64,000 nt of DNA from Eukaryota sp. TZLM1-RC (lineage: Eukaryota > Protista > Metamonada: BaSk clade). The notes beneath the pieces were generated by a model. The model did no database searches. It had not been told where the DNA came from and saw nothing but the letters and a program-made list of their open reading frames with translations. Both the position numbers and the translations under genes were made by a program. The stretch is from contig JAUPSS010000004.1 of NCBI GenBank assembly GCA_040285825.1, forward strand, positions 992,001 through 1,056,000, given 5' to 3'. Below, piece by piece: positions 38,829 through 51,704 of the stretch (position 1 is the first letter of the stretch; the number at the start of each line of letters is the position of its first letter).

Positions 38829-39240
38829 GATGTCACACCGTTATGGAAATTTTTTTGCTTATAGGTAAAAAATTATTGTCTTCCAACTCCAAATTTCGTC
38901 CTTCTATCCTGAAAATAGAAAAATTGTTCGCAAGTTATCTTTAAAAGAACATTTTGGTTCCGCTAAGCAATGTTTGTTTTCATCAGTACTTGCGGAATGT
39001 AATGAAAATACTATTGCTCAGCACATAAATCTCCATACTTTTGAATATTTTAAGTGTCCCACGTCTAATAATGTCAATTATTAGGGTCAGAATCCCCCAA
39101 CTAATGATTAAATATTTAAATTGATCAACATCTTACTCTCTTCAAAAGGGCCTGGACCATCAATGATAACCTTTGAAATGTTGAAATCATCAATGAACCG
39201 CTGTCCTGAATGCATTGACGATTTGGTCTCCGTTTTCATT
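38829..39240 (+). mobile_element. Decayed fragment of a further CRE-like family (D), pre-RT region
   Basis: Reads DVTPLWKFF...ENRKIVRKLSLKEHFGSAKQCLFSSVLAECNENT...KGPGPSMITFEMLKSSMNRCPECIDDL; closest to family B but clearly diverged. Confidence 0.75.
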
Positions 39241-40374
39241 TGGATGTAATATCGTCCACAATTATTAAATTATGAATCAAATTTGATTAAAAAACAATTA
39301 CAAAGATCAATTCATTCAGAGGCAAACATTTCAGAACTATATGAAAATATTTTTTTCAGACGTAATGAATCAAATTCAATGATTTTAATTCAACCATTGT
39401 TATTCTTGTACCTAAAGAGTGATGTGCTAATACTTGTGGACAGATAATTTGATATAAAGTTTTGACTCCAGGTAAAGATATAATCCGAAACCATCAAAAC
39501 AGGTCCAGTATCCATTGTAAATGTAACTATTTATCAGTTTGTCCATGTTCATTGTTTTGTGGATGTAAGAACTTGAAGAAATTCAAACTTTATCAGTTAT
39601 ATGGATGCACAAAGGTCAGTAAAATGAACGAGATTGGACAAAAAGATCTTGGGTCTACCACTAATGATAGTGTTACGTATTCAAATCAATTTACAAGGAA
39701 GAATTTCCATTAGGGAGAAACGTGACAACATCGCTTATTTTCTAAGTCCCAGCAATCATAAAATGTGATTCTTCTGGAGAAAAATTGTGGAAGTGAGCAA
39801 TTAAAAACCAAAGACTTTTGAACAAATTCTCTAGTATTTATCCAACAAAAAAAGGAGTCACCCTATAGTTCAAATCTATGTCATGCTTATAATCACAATC
39901 AACAGTACGTTGATTGTGTGAATAGTTATTAATCAAGTGAATAATTCGGAATTCCATTGTTTGAATATCAATTGCTATGGTCAAATGAGAGAACTTGTTA
40001 TACAAGAACTATCACTATCTTTTCCCAAGAACATTTCTTCTTTAAATTGTTGAAATTTATCATCACACTCAAAATCAAATGACAATTTTACAACATACTT
40101 ATAATGAATAAAACATTTTATTATAGAAATTGCTGGTGAATTTGGTGGTACATGGTTGCCATGTAATTCTTTTTTAATAATTTGTAGAAATTTTTACCTT
40201 CCTTTACCAATTGAATGATGATTAACAATAACCATCACATTGTTTCAATCGTTGAAACTTGGTCAGTATTTAACTGAAGCGAGCGACGTGGTTTCCTTTT
40301 CATAAACCAATAACCTAAATTAACCATAGCATCAACATAACTATCTATGCAAGTAAATTCAACAACCGAAAATT

Positions 40375-40539
40375 TTGTTTATTAATTTTAATTTTATTCA
40401 AAAAATTTTCTTTATAGAATAATTAAAAATACTTTTTTTATGTGCATCTTGTATAGAAGCATTAAAATCAACATCTAAAAAATCCATCTCTCCCAAAACA
40501 AAAACACTAGATGCAACTCTCTCATAATGAGATCCAAGA
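40375..40539 (-). mobile_element. 165-bp truncated family A insertion with variant 3' UTR, 14-bp TSD
   Basis: TSD aacaaccgaaaatt at 40361-40374 and 40540-40553; a related empty site is visible near 11050-11095. Confidence 0.8.
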
Positions 40540-40936
40540 AACAACCGAAAATTAATTTAATTATTTTCTATTTGCATTTATAACGAGCAACTTGGTATAA
40601 TTCGATGGAGCCAATAACAAATAACAAATTTGTTGAATTTGAATAAGAAAGTTTAACAATTTCAATTAACATGAACCATGTTTTGCTCTTTGAAAAATAT
40701 TTTAAAGTTATCAATTTGAATTTAAATGATCATTGGATATAATTTCTCTTCGTTGGTTTTTATATGCTGGTTAATCATCATTTTTTATTTTGTACAATAT
40801 TTGATAAAAACTTATTTTTGACTAAAATTGAAGATAAATAAATGTAACATTAATAAACAAAGTTATTTATTGACTAGACCACAGTACTTTATTATTTTCT
40901 ACTTCTTGAATTTCTGGGAAGCTTTCTTTTACAATT

Positions 40937-42064
40937 TTATCTCCTTTCGGCAGCATTTGGATGACCAGCATTCTTGGCCTTTTCGTACCATTTAATAGCT
41001 TGGTGAAGGTCTTTAGGTAAACCTCTACCGTGTTCAAAACAAAAACCTAAATTGCACATTCCATGCACATTACCCAATTCAGCAGCTTTTTGGTAATAAA
41101 ACACTGCTTGAGAATAGTCTTGTTGAACACCACGGCCATTGAAATAACATTTACCTAAAATACCCATAGCACCAGCATGACCAGCATCAGCACCTTTTTT
41201 GAACCAATAAAAGGCTTGTTGATGGTCTTGATCAATACCTTGACCATCTCTATAACAACAGCCTAAATTAAACATAACGTTAGCAACACCAGCATCAGCA
41301 GCTTTTTTGAACCAATAAAAAGCTTGTTGATGGTCTTGATCAACACCTTCGCCATCTCTATAACAAACACCTAAATTAAACATAGCTACACTATTACCAG
41401 CTTCAGCTGTCTTGCTATACCAATGAAAGGCTTGTTGGTAATTCTTTTCGACACCAAGGCCTTGGTCATAACAACAACCTAATTCATACATACCAAGAAC
41501 ATGACCAGCATCAGCAGCTTTTTTGAACCAATAAAAAGCTTGTTGATGGTCTTGATCAACACCTTGACCATCTCTATAACAACAGCCTAATTCAACCAAA
41601 GCAAAATCATTACTAGCATCAGCACCTTTTTTGAACCAACGAAAAGCTTCTTGATGGTCTTGACCGACACCTTTGCCATCTCTATAACAACAACCTAATT
41701 CAACCATAGCAAAATCATTACTAGCATCAGCACCTTTTTTGAACCAATGAAAAGCTTCTTGATGGTCTTGACCGACACCTTTGCCATCTCTATAACAACA
41801 GCCTAATTCAACCATAGCATAAGCATTACCAGCATCAGCACCTTTTTTGCACCAATAAACAGCTTGTTGATGGTCTTGATCAACACCTTTGCCATCTCTA
41901 TAACAACAGCCTAAATTACACATAGCATAAGCATTACCAGCATCAGCACCGTTTTTGAACCAATAAAAAGCTTGTTGATGGTCTTGATCAACACCTTTGC
42001 CATCTCTATAACAACAGCCTAATTCAACCATAGCATAAGCATTACCAGCATCAGCACTTTTTTT
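40937..42064 (-). pseudogene. Chimeric Sel1-repeat gene downstream of element A copy 3 (10 repeats)
   Basis: ORF 40937-42103; the first 4-5 repeats match 17590-18083, the rest are unique. Confidence 0.85.
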
Positions 42065-45000
42065 TAGTAACAACAATTTTATTCTAAACCTATAAATCAA
42101 CATCTAAAAAATCCATCTCTCCTAAAACAAAAACACTAGATGCAACTCTCTCATAGTGAGATCCAAGAGAAGGCAAAGCATCAGAAACCATCTTCAACAT
42201 CCCCTTAAAAATAGAAAACACAGTTCTATTTTGCCAAAACAATCTGTTGAAATTTCTGCCAGTTCTTCTCTTTACAATCATTTCAAAATCATCCAAAAAA
42301 CGTAAAGCAGTTGGTGCAAGTGGACCAAAAAGGGAAAATACAAATGGATACAAATTGTATTTTGCATGCTGTAGACTGGCCAATTTGGACAAAGGTTCAT
42401 GGTATTTTTTGAATTTAAAATTTTCAGCATTTGAAAGGGGATTATGAATTTCAGAATTAACAAGCCTTTCATTTGAGGCATTACAAGGATCAACAGACAT
42501 TACATCTAATAAAATGAAGCTTCCATCTAATCCAGGTATTATAACATCACCTCTATTATTCTTATGAAAATCATCTTCAGCATCAAACAGATTTGACAAC
42601 AGAGGTTCCAAGAAGGATTCAATTCTATGAGATTTACACATACAATATAACTGGTCTCTTACAGCATCATGAACCTTGCTTCTAAAAGTAATAAAATGTT
42701 TACAATTTAACAAATGAGTAGTTGCAATTTCTCGAGAACATTTACAAATTAAATTATGAGGTAAATTATCAGGCCAGATAAAGGAACGAAATCTCATATT
42801 CAGAGTCCAAGCAGAATCGGATAAGAGAGTACCATAAACTTGTGGAATTGTTGTTACTAAGGCAGAAGAAGTACTGTCACACATATCTTGTAAAAGATTT
42901 GCAAAAAGCGGGATTCTTTTTCTTGGCCAAGCCAAGTCTAACATCAAAATCCAAGCTTTCAAAAATCTTTGACAATTTTTGTTGAAGCTTTTTACAGCAA
43001 AACTGTAAATTAAATAGAGATCGGTTTGGAATTTCTTGAATTGATTGAGGAAAACATTTGGTCCAAATTTGTGGCGGTAATTTTTCAAGTTCACAAGATA
43101 ACTCATACAAATAGGGACTACAATTGGGGACTAACAGATGAGAATCATCAGGAAATCTACGAGAAAATTCATAAATAAAATTTTGCCACCACCCAAGAAT
43201 GCTGATTGACACAAAATTGAAGATTTAGTAAAACCAATACCACCCAAATTTGCTGAAGGAAATAAATGGCTTTTCAACATTCCTGGTTCTACATCCAGTA
43301 AATCAGCAAAAAATTCTGTTCTCAATGAATTAAAAGAACGACAAAAATCTAATGCTATGGAAGGAGCACAAGATCTCAAAATGTGGGTTATTCTCCCAGT
43401 GTAGCAAATTTTAAGCATGAAAAATTTAATATGCTTTTCTATATCTAAAGAAGAAATTGAATCAAGTTCAATTTTAATTTTTCCAAATAACTTGCAATTC
43501 ATTCTGAATTTGAGGCACATTTCCTAACCAACAACCAAGGAACTTAAAAGCATCACTTCTATCGTTAGTAAAAGGGACAATAGAATCGTTTATCACGAGG
43601 TCTTGAGCAGAAGAGCCAATCAGAAGGCATTTGCTGGCATTAAGATGAAGCCCAATATTTTCATATGATTCGGCAATTTCTTGAGCAACCAATTCTAGTC
43701 AATCAAATGAACCAATCAAGGATATATCATCCATATAAGCAACTATTTTTATAGAAGGGTATTTTTGCTTAATGATATTTAAAGTTTTGTGAATAGCTAA
43801 ACAAAACAATAATGGGCCTAAAGGATCTCCCTGCTTCACTCCAGAAGATGATTTAAGACCAAATGAATTAAAAATTAAATCTGATTCTTTCCCATAAAAA
43901 TGGTAGAAAAAACTCGATTTTTTTTCTCACTCACTTTCAACGTCCTATTGTCGGTTCGATTGAATTCCTCCAGTCTTAATGTCAGACACTCTCAGTGATA
44001 CTGACTGGACTGCAAAAAGTACCGAACGTGATCTTGACAAACCAACCTCCTCAACCACCAATCGTTCTCATTCTCCCCACCTGTCACTCCATGCTAGAAA
44101 ATCATTGGAAAAAAATTTAAATGAAAATATTTCTAAACCCCGCCGCAAATGTAGTAAATGTCGAAAATCCGGACATAACATTGCAACTTGTCCGCTTATT
44201 CAAAAGGAAAAACTGAATGCTCGTGCTGCAATTGCTGATTTAAATTTTTCGTTATCACACAATCCTAAAAATGAATTTTTAAGTGAGATTCCCGATAACA
44301 CTCCTATCAAAGAAGATCAAAAGGATGAAAAAAATGTGTTTTTTTGTCGAAAGCTTGTTGCTGTCAATGATTCCGGTCGACCTTTACTTTTTTTGTGATT
44401 CTTGTGTTGCTGCTGATCAGCTACGTTGTCCCATTCGTGTTCCTGCTCAGCTTAGTCCGTTGGCTTCGATACCTTTTACTGTTGTTCTTCGTGCCTTTAC
44501 TGAAAATCTCCGTAAAGGATTATGGGATGTTACGCCTATTTGGAAATTTTTTCTGAAAAAGATAAAAACTTTTATCGAAAAAATCAAATTTTAAAAAAAT
44601 GTTTTTTCGAAAGAAAAATTAGTGAGAAAATTAGCTTTAAAAGGACGTTTTGGATCTGCAAAACAATGTTTATTTTCTTCTGATTTAGCTGAATGTAATG
44701 AAAGCACATTGTTCCAATTGAATCATCTTCATCCGGAAGAAAATTTTCATTGTACTAAACCAGATTCAGTTGATTATTGGCTGCAAAAATCCTGTCAATG
44801 CTTCTGAGGTATTGAAACTGATTCAGCAAATGCCTACTGGAAAAGCTCCTGGGCCATCTTTGTTGAATTTTGACATGATCAAATCAGCTGTTGGACAGTG
44901 TCCTGAAATTGCTGACGATCTTGTTCTTTTTTTCAACAATCTTCTTACGTTAAAAATTAAAGTCCCTTTTGAGATGACCAGTGCTCGCTTAATTGCCCTT

Positions 45001-48000
45001 AAAAAAAGTCAATCCAAAATCCGTCCAATTGCAATTGGAGAATCTTTTTCAAGAATTCTTGCGTCTCTTGTTTTCAATAGAATTGGAAAAAAAGCCAAGG
45101 AACTTTTCAGTCCGTTTCAATTTGGAATCAAGACAATTGATGGTGCTTCTTCTGCTGCTCTTTCGTCGGATGTGTTTTTTAATTCTAGTGATTCTAATTA
45201 CATCTTCAATTTAGATTTTAAGAATGCTTTCAATTCTGTATCTCGTTCTTCCATTTTACCTTTGCTGCAAAAGCATTTTCCTGAAGTTGAGCCTTTTTTC
45301 TATTCATTTTATGGAAAATCATCCTCATTGGTCTATGAAAATTTTGACCTGCTTTCGTCTTCAGGTGTTAAACAAGGTGATCCACTTGGTCCTTTTTTCT
45401 TTTGTCTGGCAATTCATCCATTAATGTGCGAATTGAAAGAAAAATTCCCAGAAATAGATATTGTAGCATATATGGATGACATTTCTGTAATTGCTCCTAT
45501 TACAATTCTGAAACAAATAGCAACTTTTATTCAACAGCGTTATGAAGATATTGGTCTCTCATTGAATATCTCCAAATGTTTGATTATTGGCCATGAACCA
45601 ATTGATTTTTTTCATTAATGATGTAAATGTCCCCTTTATCAATTATGATCAGTCTGGTTTTCGTTTTTTGGGTTGTTATCTCGGAAATATTGATGAAGTG
45701 AAAAGCCAACTTTCGACTCTGTTGACTCAATTTGGAAATGAATTAGAATCAATAGAAAATTTAAATATTGAGAAACATTTGAAATTCTTTTTCCTCAAAA
45801 TCTGTTATTCTGGAAAATTTACTCATATTTTGAGATCAACATCACCATCAATTTCCTTGGAGTTTTGTCGCATTTTTAATGAACAAAGAACTAATTTTTT
45901 AGCAAAATTATTGGAAATTGATGCATCTCAGTTACGAAGCCACATTTTTTTGTGGTACAAATTTTGGTGGTGTTGATTTTCATAAGTCAAGCTACCTTTG
46001 TAAAGCTGCCTTTATTGGAGGTGGAAAGAATTTTATTTATGAATTTGTGAATCGTTTTCCTGAAAAAATTCATCTCATTGAAAATTGTGGCAGCTCCTAT
46101 CTTATTTCTTTGCAACAGGAAATTGAAACTCTTTCACCCAATATTTGGGCTAAATGTTTCCCCTCTGATATTGTGGAACTTCCTTCAAGAAGCTTGCTCT
46201 CCTTACCATTGACTTTTGCAAAATTGCAGAAAAAATTTTGAAAGTTTTAGAAAACTTGGATTATATTGTACGTCTTAGCTTGGCTAAGGAAAAAAATCCC
46301 GTTTTTGCAAACTTTTTGATTGATCTTGAAGACAGTTGCTCAAGTTGCTTAATCTCCCAAATTCCCAACATTTACGGCCTTCTACTTAATGATCACCAAT
46401 GGACCACTGCAATGAGATTGAGATGTTTTCTATGGCCTTGCTCATTGCCAAATGATTTAATTTGTCGCTGCAAGAGTGTTGTTACGCTTTCCCATATTTT
46501 TAAACTGTAAGTATTTCATAACTTATCGCTCACTTGTTCATGACTCAGTTCGTGATCAATTATATGCCATGTGCAAAAGTTTCAATATAGAGGCATTTAT
46601 TGAGCCACTAGTACGTAAGCTGTCTTCAGATCAAACTGATGATTCCTTTGGTAAAAGAAGGGCAGATTTAGTAGCTCCAGGGATCGATGGTGTTCTCAAT
46701 GTTGTAGACGTTGTCTCAGTGGATGTTTGCAAAAATTCTGCTGCTCGTTTAGTGTATTCCGCTGACTCGCCGTTATCTAACGCCGAAAAAAAGAAGATAA
46801 AAAAATATGAAGAACCTTTGGCACAGTTAGGTAGAGTGGAACATGTGAAATATCAGTTTGTGCCGTTTGCAATTTCTCTTTTTGGCAATATTGGACCTTC
46901 AGGCTTGCACTTTTTGGAAAATTTTTAAAAAGTGTTACTGAATAGGTCTGGTAAAACAATGAACTCCACTTTCTGGTTAAATAGAATTGTTTTTGCATTT
47001 TCAAGTCTATTCCAACAATGATTTCAAAGGCACTTTTAGCTATTGGTGTAGAATATGAACGTAATGCTGTGAGTAGGTTCAGTAATAGTGACGCTTGTTT
47101 GGAGGATATTGAATTCTAGATGGTTATTTTTATCTCAATAAATATTCCAGTTTTTAAAAAAAACTCGATAGCTCAGGAAAATCAGATTTAATAACTTCAA
47201 AAATTGCTTCTCGCTTTACAGAATTAAAAGCATTTTTAAAGTCGAGATTAAAAATAAAATTATTTTCCTCTGCATTAAAAAAGATATCAGAGGCAATAGC
47301 AGCAACAGAAGCACCATCAATTGTTTTGATTCTAAATTGATGAGGATTCAAAAATGTAGAAGCTTTGTCTTTGACACGATCGAAGACAATTGATGCCAGC
47401 TAACGAGATAGAGATTCACCAACAGCAATTGGTCGTATTCCATCAGGATTGATTCCGTTTCCAGGCTTTACTAAAGCAATCAGACGTGCTGCGAGTAATT
47501 CAAATGGAGGATTATTTTTCAAAACAATCAATTGTTGAAAATAGTGGGCTAGATCATCAGCAATTTCGGGAGCACTGGAACACGCTATTTTTAACAGATC
47601 AAAAGAAATTCCAGATGGGCCTGCTGCTTTCCCCTTTGGCAATTTTTGAATAGCTTTAAGAACTTCAATTGCAGTAATAGGATTTTCAATCCAAAAAGGA
47701 CACACTTCAGGCTTGCTGCACTTGAAATTTTCTTGAGGATGCAACTTTTGAAGTTTTTCAAGGGTATCAGAGTTTGCATCAGCCAAAGAAGAGGAAAACA
47801 AAGACTGCTTTGCGGCACCATAACGACCACGTAAGCACAATTTACGGCAAATTTTTGATTTCACAATTTTTCTATTTCCAAATTTTTTCTTAAAACAATT
47901 TTTGTTTTTTCTAGCAAAATATTTCCAGAAGGATGAAATATTCCACTTATTATTTTTCAATTCAGAAGTAAAATTTCTCATTTCCATTGAGAAGGGGATT

Positions 48001-48776
48001 GTGCTGGCGGGACTTATTTCTACTGGGATCCGGATCGGGGGTCTTACGGTATCAACGGCTTTACAATTCGTACAAAACAGAAGTTTTCGACCATTTCGTG
48101 AATCTGCAACATCTTTTTTGCAAAATGGACAACAAAAATTACTGTTTTCAGAAGGGGAAGAAGAGGGAACACTAGAAGCATTTAACTGTTGATCGTCAGA
48201 AACATTATTTTCAGCACCTTTCACAACGGCAACAGCTGGAACAGAACATTTGAGAATTTGTTGAGCAGATTTTAATTCAAATTCTCTTTTTTGTTTCTCA
48301 GGGCACGTTCTCGAATTATGACCACTGATACCACAAATCGAACATTTTTTAGAACCTTTTAATGGCAGTGGTTTCATTTTTTCAGTTCTTTCAATTTTGT
48401 CAAAAGTAGAAATAGACTTTTGACTTTTTGCAGTTTCAGCTGGAGAAAACAAATTTCGAGAAACGGAGTTGTTAATAGAACGCGCAACAGAACGCAAGGA
48501 ACGTAATGGTGGTTTTTCTGTGTTTTTTCTGGTACAATGATCAGTTTTTGAATGAAAATTTTTTTGAGATGAATTTCGAGCATAGCTTGTATTGTGGGGA
48601 GAGTGGGGAGGTGGAGTGGATGAGCTTGATCTGACTGGTAGAATCTTTGCTTGGGCGTTCCAATCAGTATCAGAGTCACTATCAGCCAAAGGCATCGTTT
48701 TGACAGAGAAACAGTACGACTTTGACGCCTTGACAGAAAGTGAAATATGAAAGGGTTGACTAAGGGAGGGAGAAAA
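42065..48776 (-). mobile_element. Family A element (copy 3), interrupted by family B
   Basis: Same junctions as copy 2; right TSD at 48777-48788. Confidence 0.95.
43919..47157 (+). mobile_element. Family B element nested in A (duplicate)
   Basis: TSD aaaaaactcgat at 43907-43918 and 47158-47169. Confidence 0.95.
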
Positions 48777-49219
48777 AGCACCTTTTTTGAACCAATAAAA
48801 TGCTTGTTGATGGTCTAGATCGACACCATGACCATCTCTATAACAACAACCTAAACTTAACATACCTACTCTATTACCAGCTTCAGCAGCTCTACTTCAA
48901 CATTGTATTATTATCATTTATTATTGGTAGAATCTCAATACCACAACTTGAATGATTATTTTTAAAACCATCAGTTGTTTATGAAATTGTTGAAATTTAC
49001 CATCACTTCGAAATCAAGTGACAATTTTAAAACATCCTTATGATGAATGAAACAATTCATTATAGAAATTGCTGGTGAATGTGGTGGTGCATAATTTCCA
49101 TGTAATTCATTTTCAATAATTTGTCGAAATTTTCGCCCTCCTTGACCAACTGAATGATGATTAAAACCCTGACTAACTACACCGTTTACTTTGAATAATT
49201 TTCATTATTCTCTTTTTTT

Positions 49220-49444
49220 GGAAGTTCTGCTCCATCGAAAGCAACTTGAAAACTAACGGGGATGAAATCTGGTAGGGGACATTGGCAACACAAACATCAA
49301 AAAGAGGAGATCTACCTTGAGAAAGTCGCTGGAAATGATCTGAACACGACTTCTGGCTCTCGTGTCTGCTTGGAATTGCTTGGTTAATTCTACAACCATG
49401 CGAGGGTCATATTCTACCGCAATAACTTTCTTTGCTACGTCTAA
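49220..49444 (-). pseudogene. DIM1: DIM1 fragment, copy 3
   Basis: Near-identical to 10818-11042. Confidence 0.85.
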
Positions 49445-49877
49445 GACTATTTATGCAAGTAAATCCAAGAACGGAAAATTAATTTAATTATTTTCTATTT
49501 ACATTTATAATGTTCAACTTGCGATATTTCGATGGAGCCAACAACAAATATACCAAATATGTTTAATTTGAATAAAAAGTGGAAATAAAAACATTGACCC
49601 GTTGTGAACAATATGAGTTAGTAAGCTTAACAATTTTAATTAACATTAAACATATTTTGCTTTTTGAAAAACATTTCGAAGTACCAGATCTCAATTTCAA
49701 TTTGAGTGATCTTTGGTAAATTGTTTTGGTTGGTTTTAAATTTTTTTAAACACATTATTATTGGTTTTAAAAGGCTAATTAATCATCACTTTTTATTGAA
49801 TAATGTTTGATAAAAACTGAAAATAACTAAATGTAACATTGATAAACAAAGGTATTTATTGAATAGACCACAGTACT

Positions 49878-51055
49878 TTATAATCTTCTACTTCTTGAAC
49901 TTCTGGTAAGCTTTCTTTTACAATTTTCTATCATTTTAGCAGCTCCTGAATAACCAGCATTCTTGGCTTTCTCGTACCATTCAATAGCTTGATGAAGGTC
50001 TTTAGGTATACCGTAAACGTGTTCATAACAATCACCTAAACTGAACATTCCAACCTCATTACCCAATTCAGCAGCTTTTTGGAAATAAAACACTGCTTGA
50101 GAATAGTGTTGTTCAACACCATGACCCAGGCGATAGCAAACACCTAAACCAAACATAGCATCAGCATGACCAGCATCAGCACCTTTTTTGAACCAATAGA
50201 AAGCTTGTTGATGGTCTTGATCAACACCTTCACCATTTCTATAACAAACACCTAAATTAAACATAGCTCTACTATTACCAGCTTCAGCTGCCTTGCTAAA
50301 CCAATAAAAGGCTTGTTGGTGATCCTTTTCTACACCATGACCATGTTTATTAAATTAACCACAGCATCAGCATGACCAGCATCAGCAGCTCTTCTCCACC
50401 AATAAACTGATTCTTGGTAGTGTTTATCTTTATAAAATTGCCATCCTTTTTCAAACATTTGTTCAGGCGTATCATCATCACTTGACTTGACTTCTAAATT
50501 TTCAAACCCACACTCCAAATTTTGGACACAATCACTACTGCTGATCTCTTCTTGGTCCTCATTAGAAGAACTATCATCAGCCAATATTTGGTTAGGATTA
50601 CCAAAATTCTGATTTTCTGTAATATTATTATGGCAAATTTGGATTGAATTAATTTGTGCTTTCAATTCCTTTTCTTTTTGGGAAAGTTCGTCAATTTTGG
50701 AATTTGAATAGGTAATTTCTATTCTCAAAACATTTATTAATTGATCTCTATTATTGACTTCTTGATCCTTTTCAACCAGAGTTTGGCTTAATTCCTGATT
50801 TCTAGAGACAAGAGTAGAGTTCTGAAGTGTTAATTCTTGGTTTAATTCATCAGAATTAGATTGAGCCTGGTGTAAACTTTGATTTTCTTGAGTTAATTCT
50901 TGAATTGTCTGATTTGAATCCATGATAGATGTTCGGAAATTTTCATTTTCTAGACTCAAATACTCATTAATTTGGTCTTTTTCAGCACAATTCTGACAAT
51001 TTTGCCTTACATTGGGACTAAATTCATTTATCAAAGGCAAATCATTATAAATCAT
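49878..51055 (-). pseudogene. Kinase-less coiled-coil + Sel1 gene (about 4 repeats) with a 10-bp deletion near 50350
   Basis: ORFs 50330-51055 and 49878-50264; same deletion as near 26376. Confidence 0.8.
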
Positions 51056-51704
51056 TGCAAATCATTGTACCACGAAGATTTGGATTGTTGCCCATGTATC
51101 TTTTTACTCTCGAATCCTGACTGCCTCTCAACAAAACTGGTCTACCATGCAAAAAGTGCTCTTTGCCATAGTAATGACCTTAAATCAGCCCAACCCTTCC
51201 TCCTTTTTAGTGACTAAGCATTTTACCTTTTTCTGAAGAAATTTTGGGATAGTCATACAGGAACAACTGGTTTTTATTAATGAAGTTAGTTTAAGACTAG
51301 GAAAATTACACCGAAGGTATGGCAGATCACCTAAAAGGACCCCCTTGTGAGTGAAAAAAGACCTCAGTTCAAAGAAAGGCAAATAAGCTTTGACAGTTTT
51401 CGCTATTTCTGTGACGGGAGTTCTTGCATGCAGCTTACGGCGCAGATATTTCAACAGAATTGCTTTCACTGAATTTCTGAAGAGTTTACTGAATGGAGAT
51501 CTCCTAGGAGTGTTTGGTACAGCCAAGTCTATTATCATCATGGACGGTTGTGGAATTCACCGCCATAGAGGTATAAAAGAAGGTTTAAAGTTGTCTGGTG
51601 TCGACAGCTTAATTTTGAAGGTTGATGTCCGTAGGGGCGACGTCGGTGAACGTATGTCCTGCTAACTGAGACGTTTTCTTCAGGCGAAAAGCAGGGCTTG
51701 ATTG

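Larger units (their letters stand above)
41568..50355. repeat. About 8.8-kb segmental duplication of about 17587-26380
   Basis: Near-identical at an offset of about 23975-23981; both breakpoints lie inside Sel1 repeats. Confidence 0.9.

Noticed and set aside
39655-39720. PIF1/Helitron helicase motif (FTRK-QFPL with a 1-nt deletion)
   Set aside because: Needs a frameshift, and the following AxTINKSQG motif is absent.
6898-48788. Three independent site-specific A insertions
   Set aside because: Shared nonsense mutation and identical flanks indicate duplication of one insertion.
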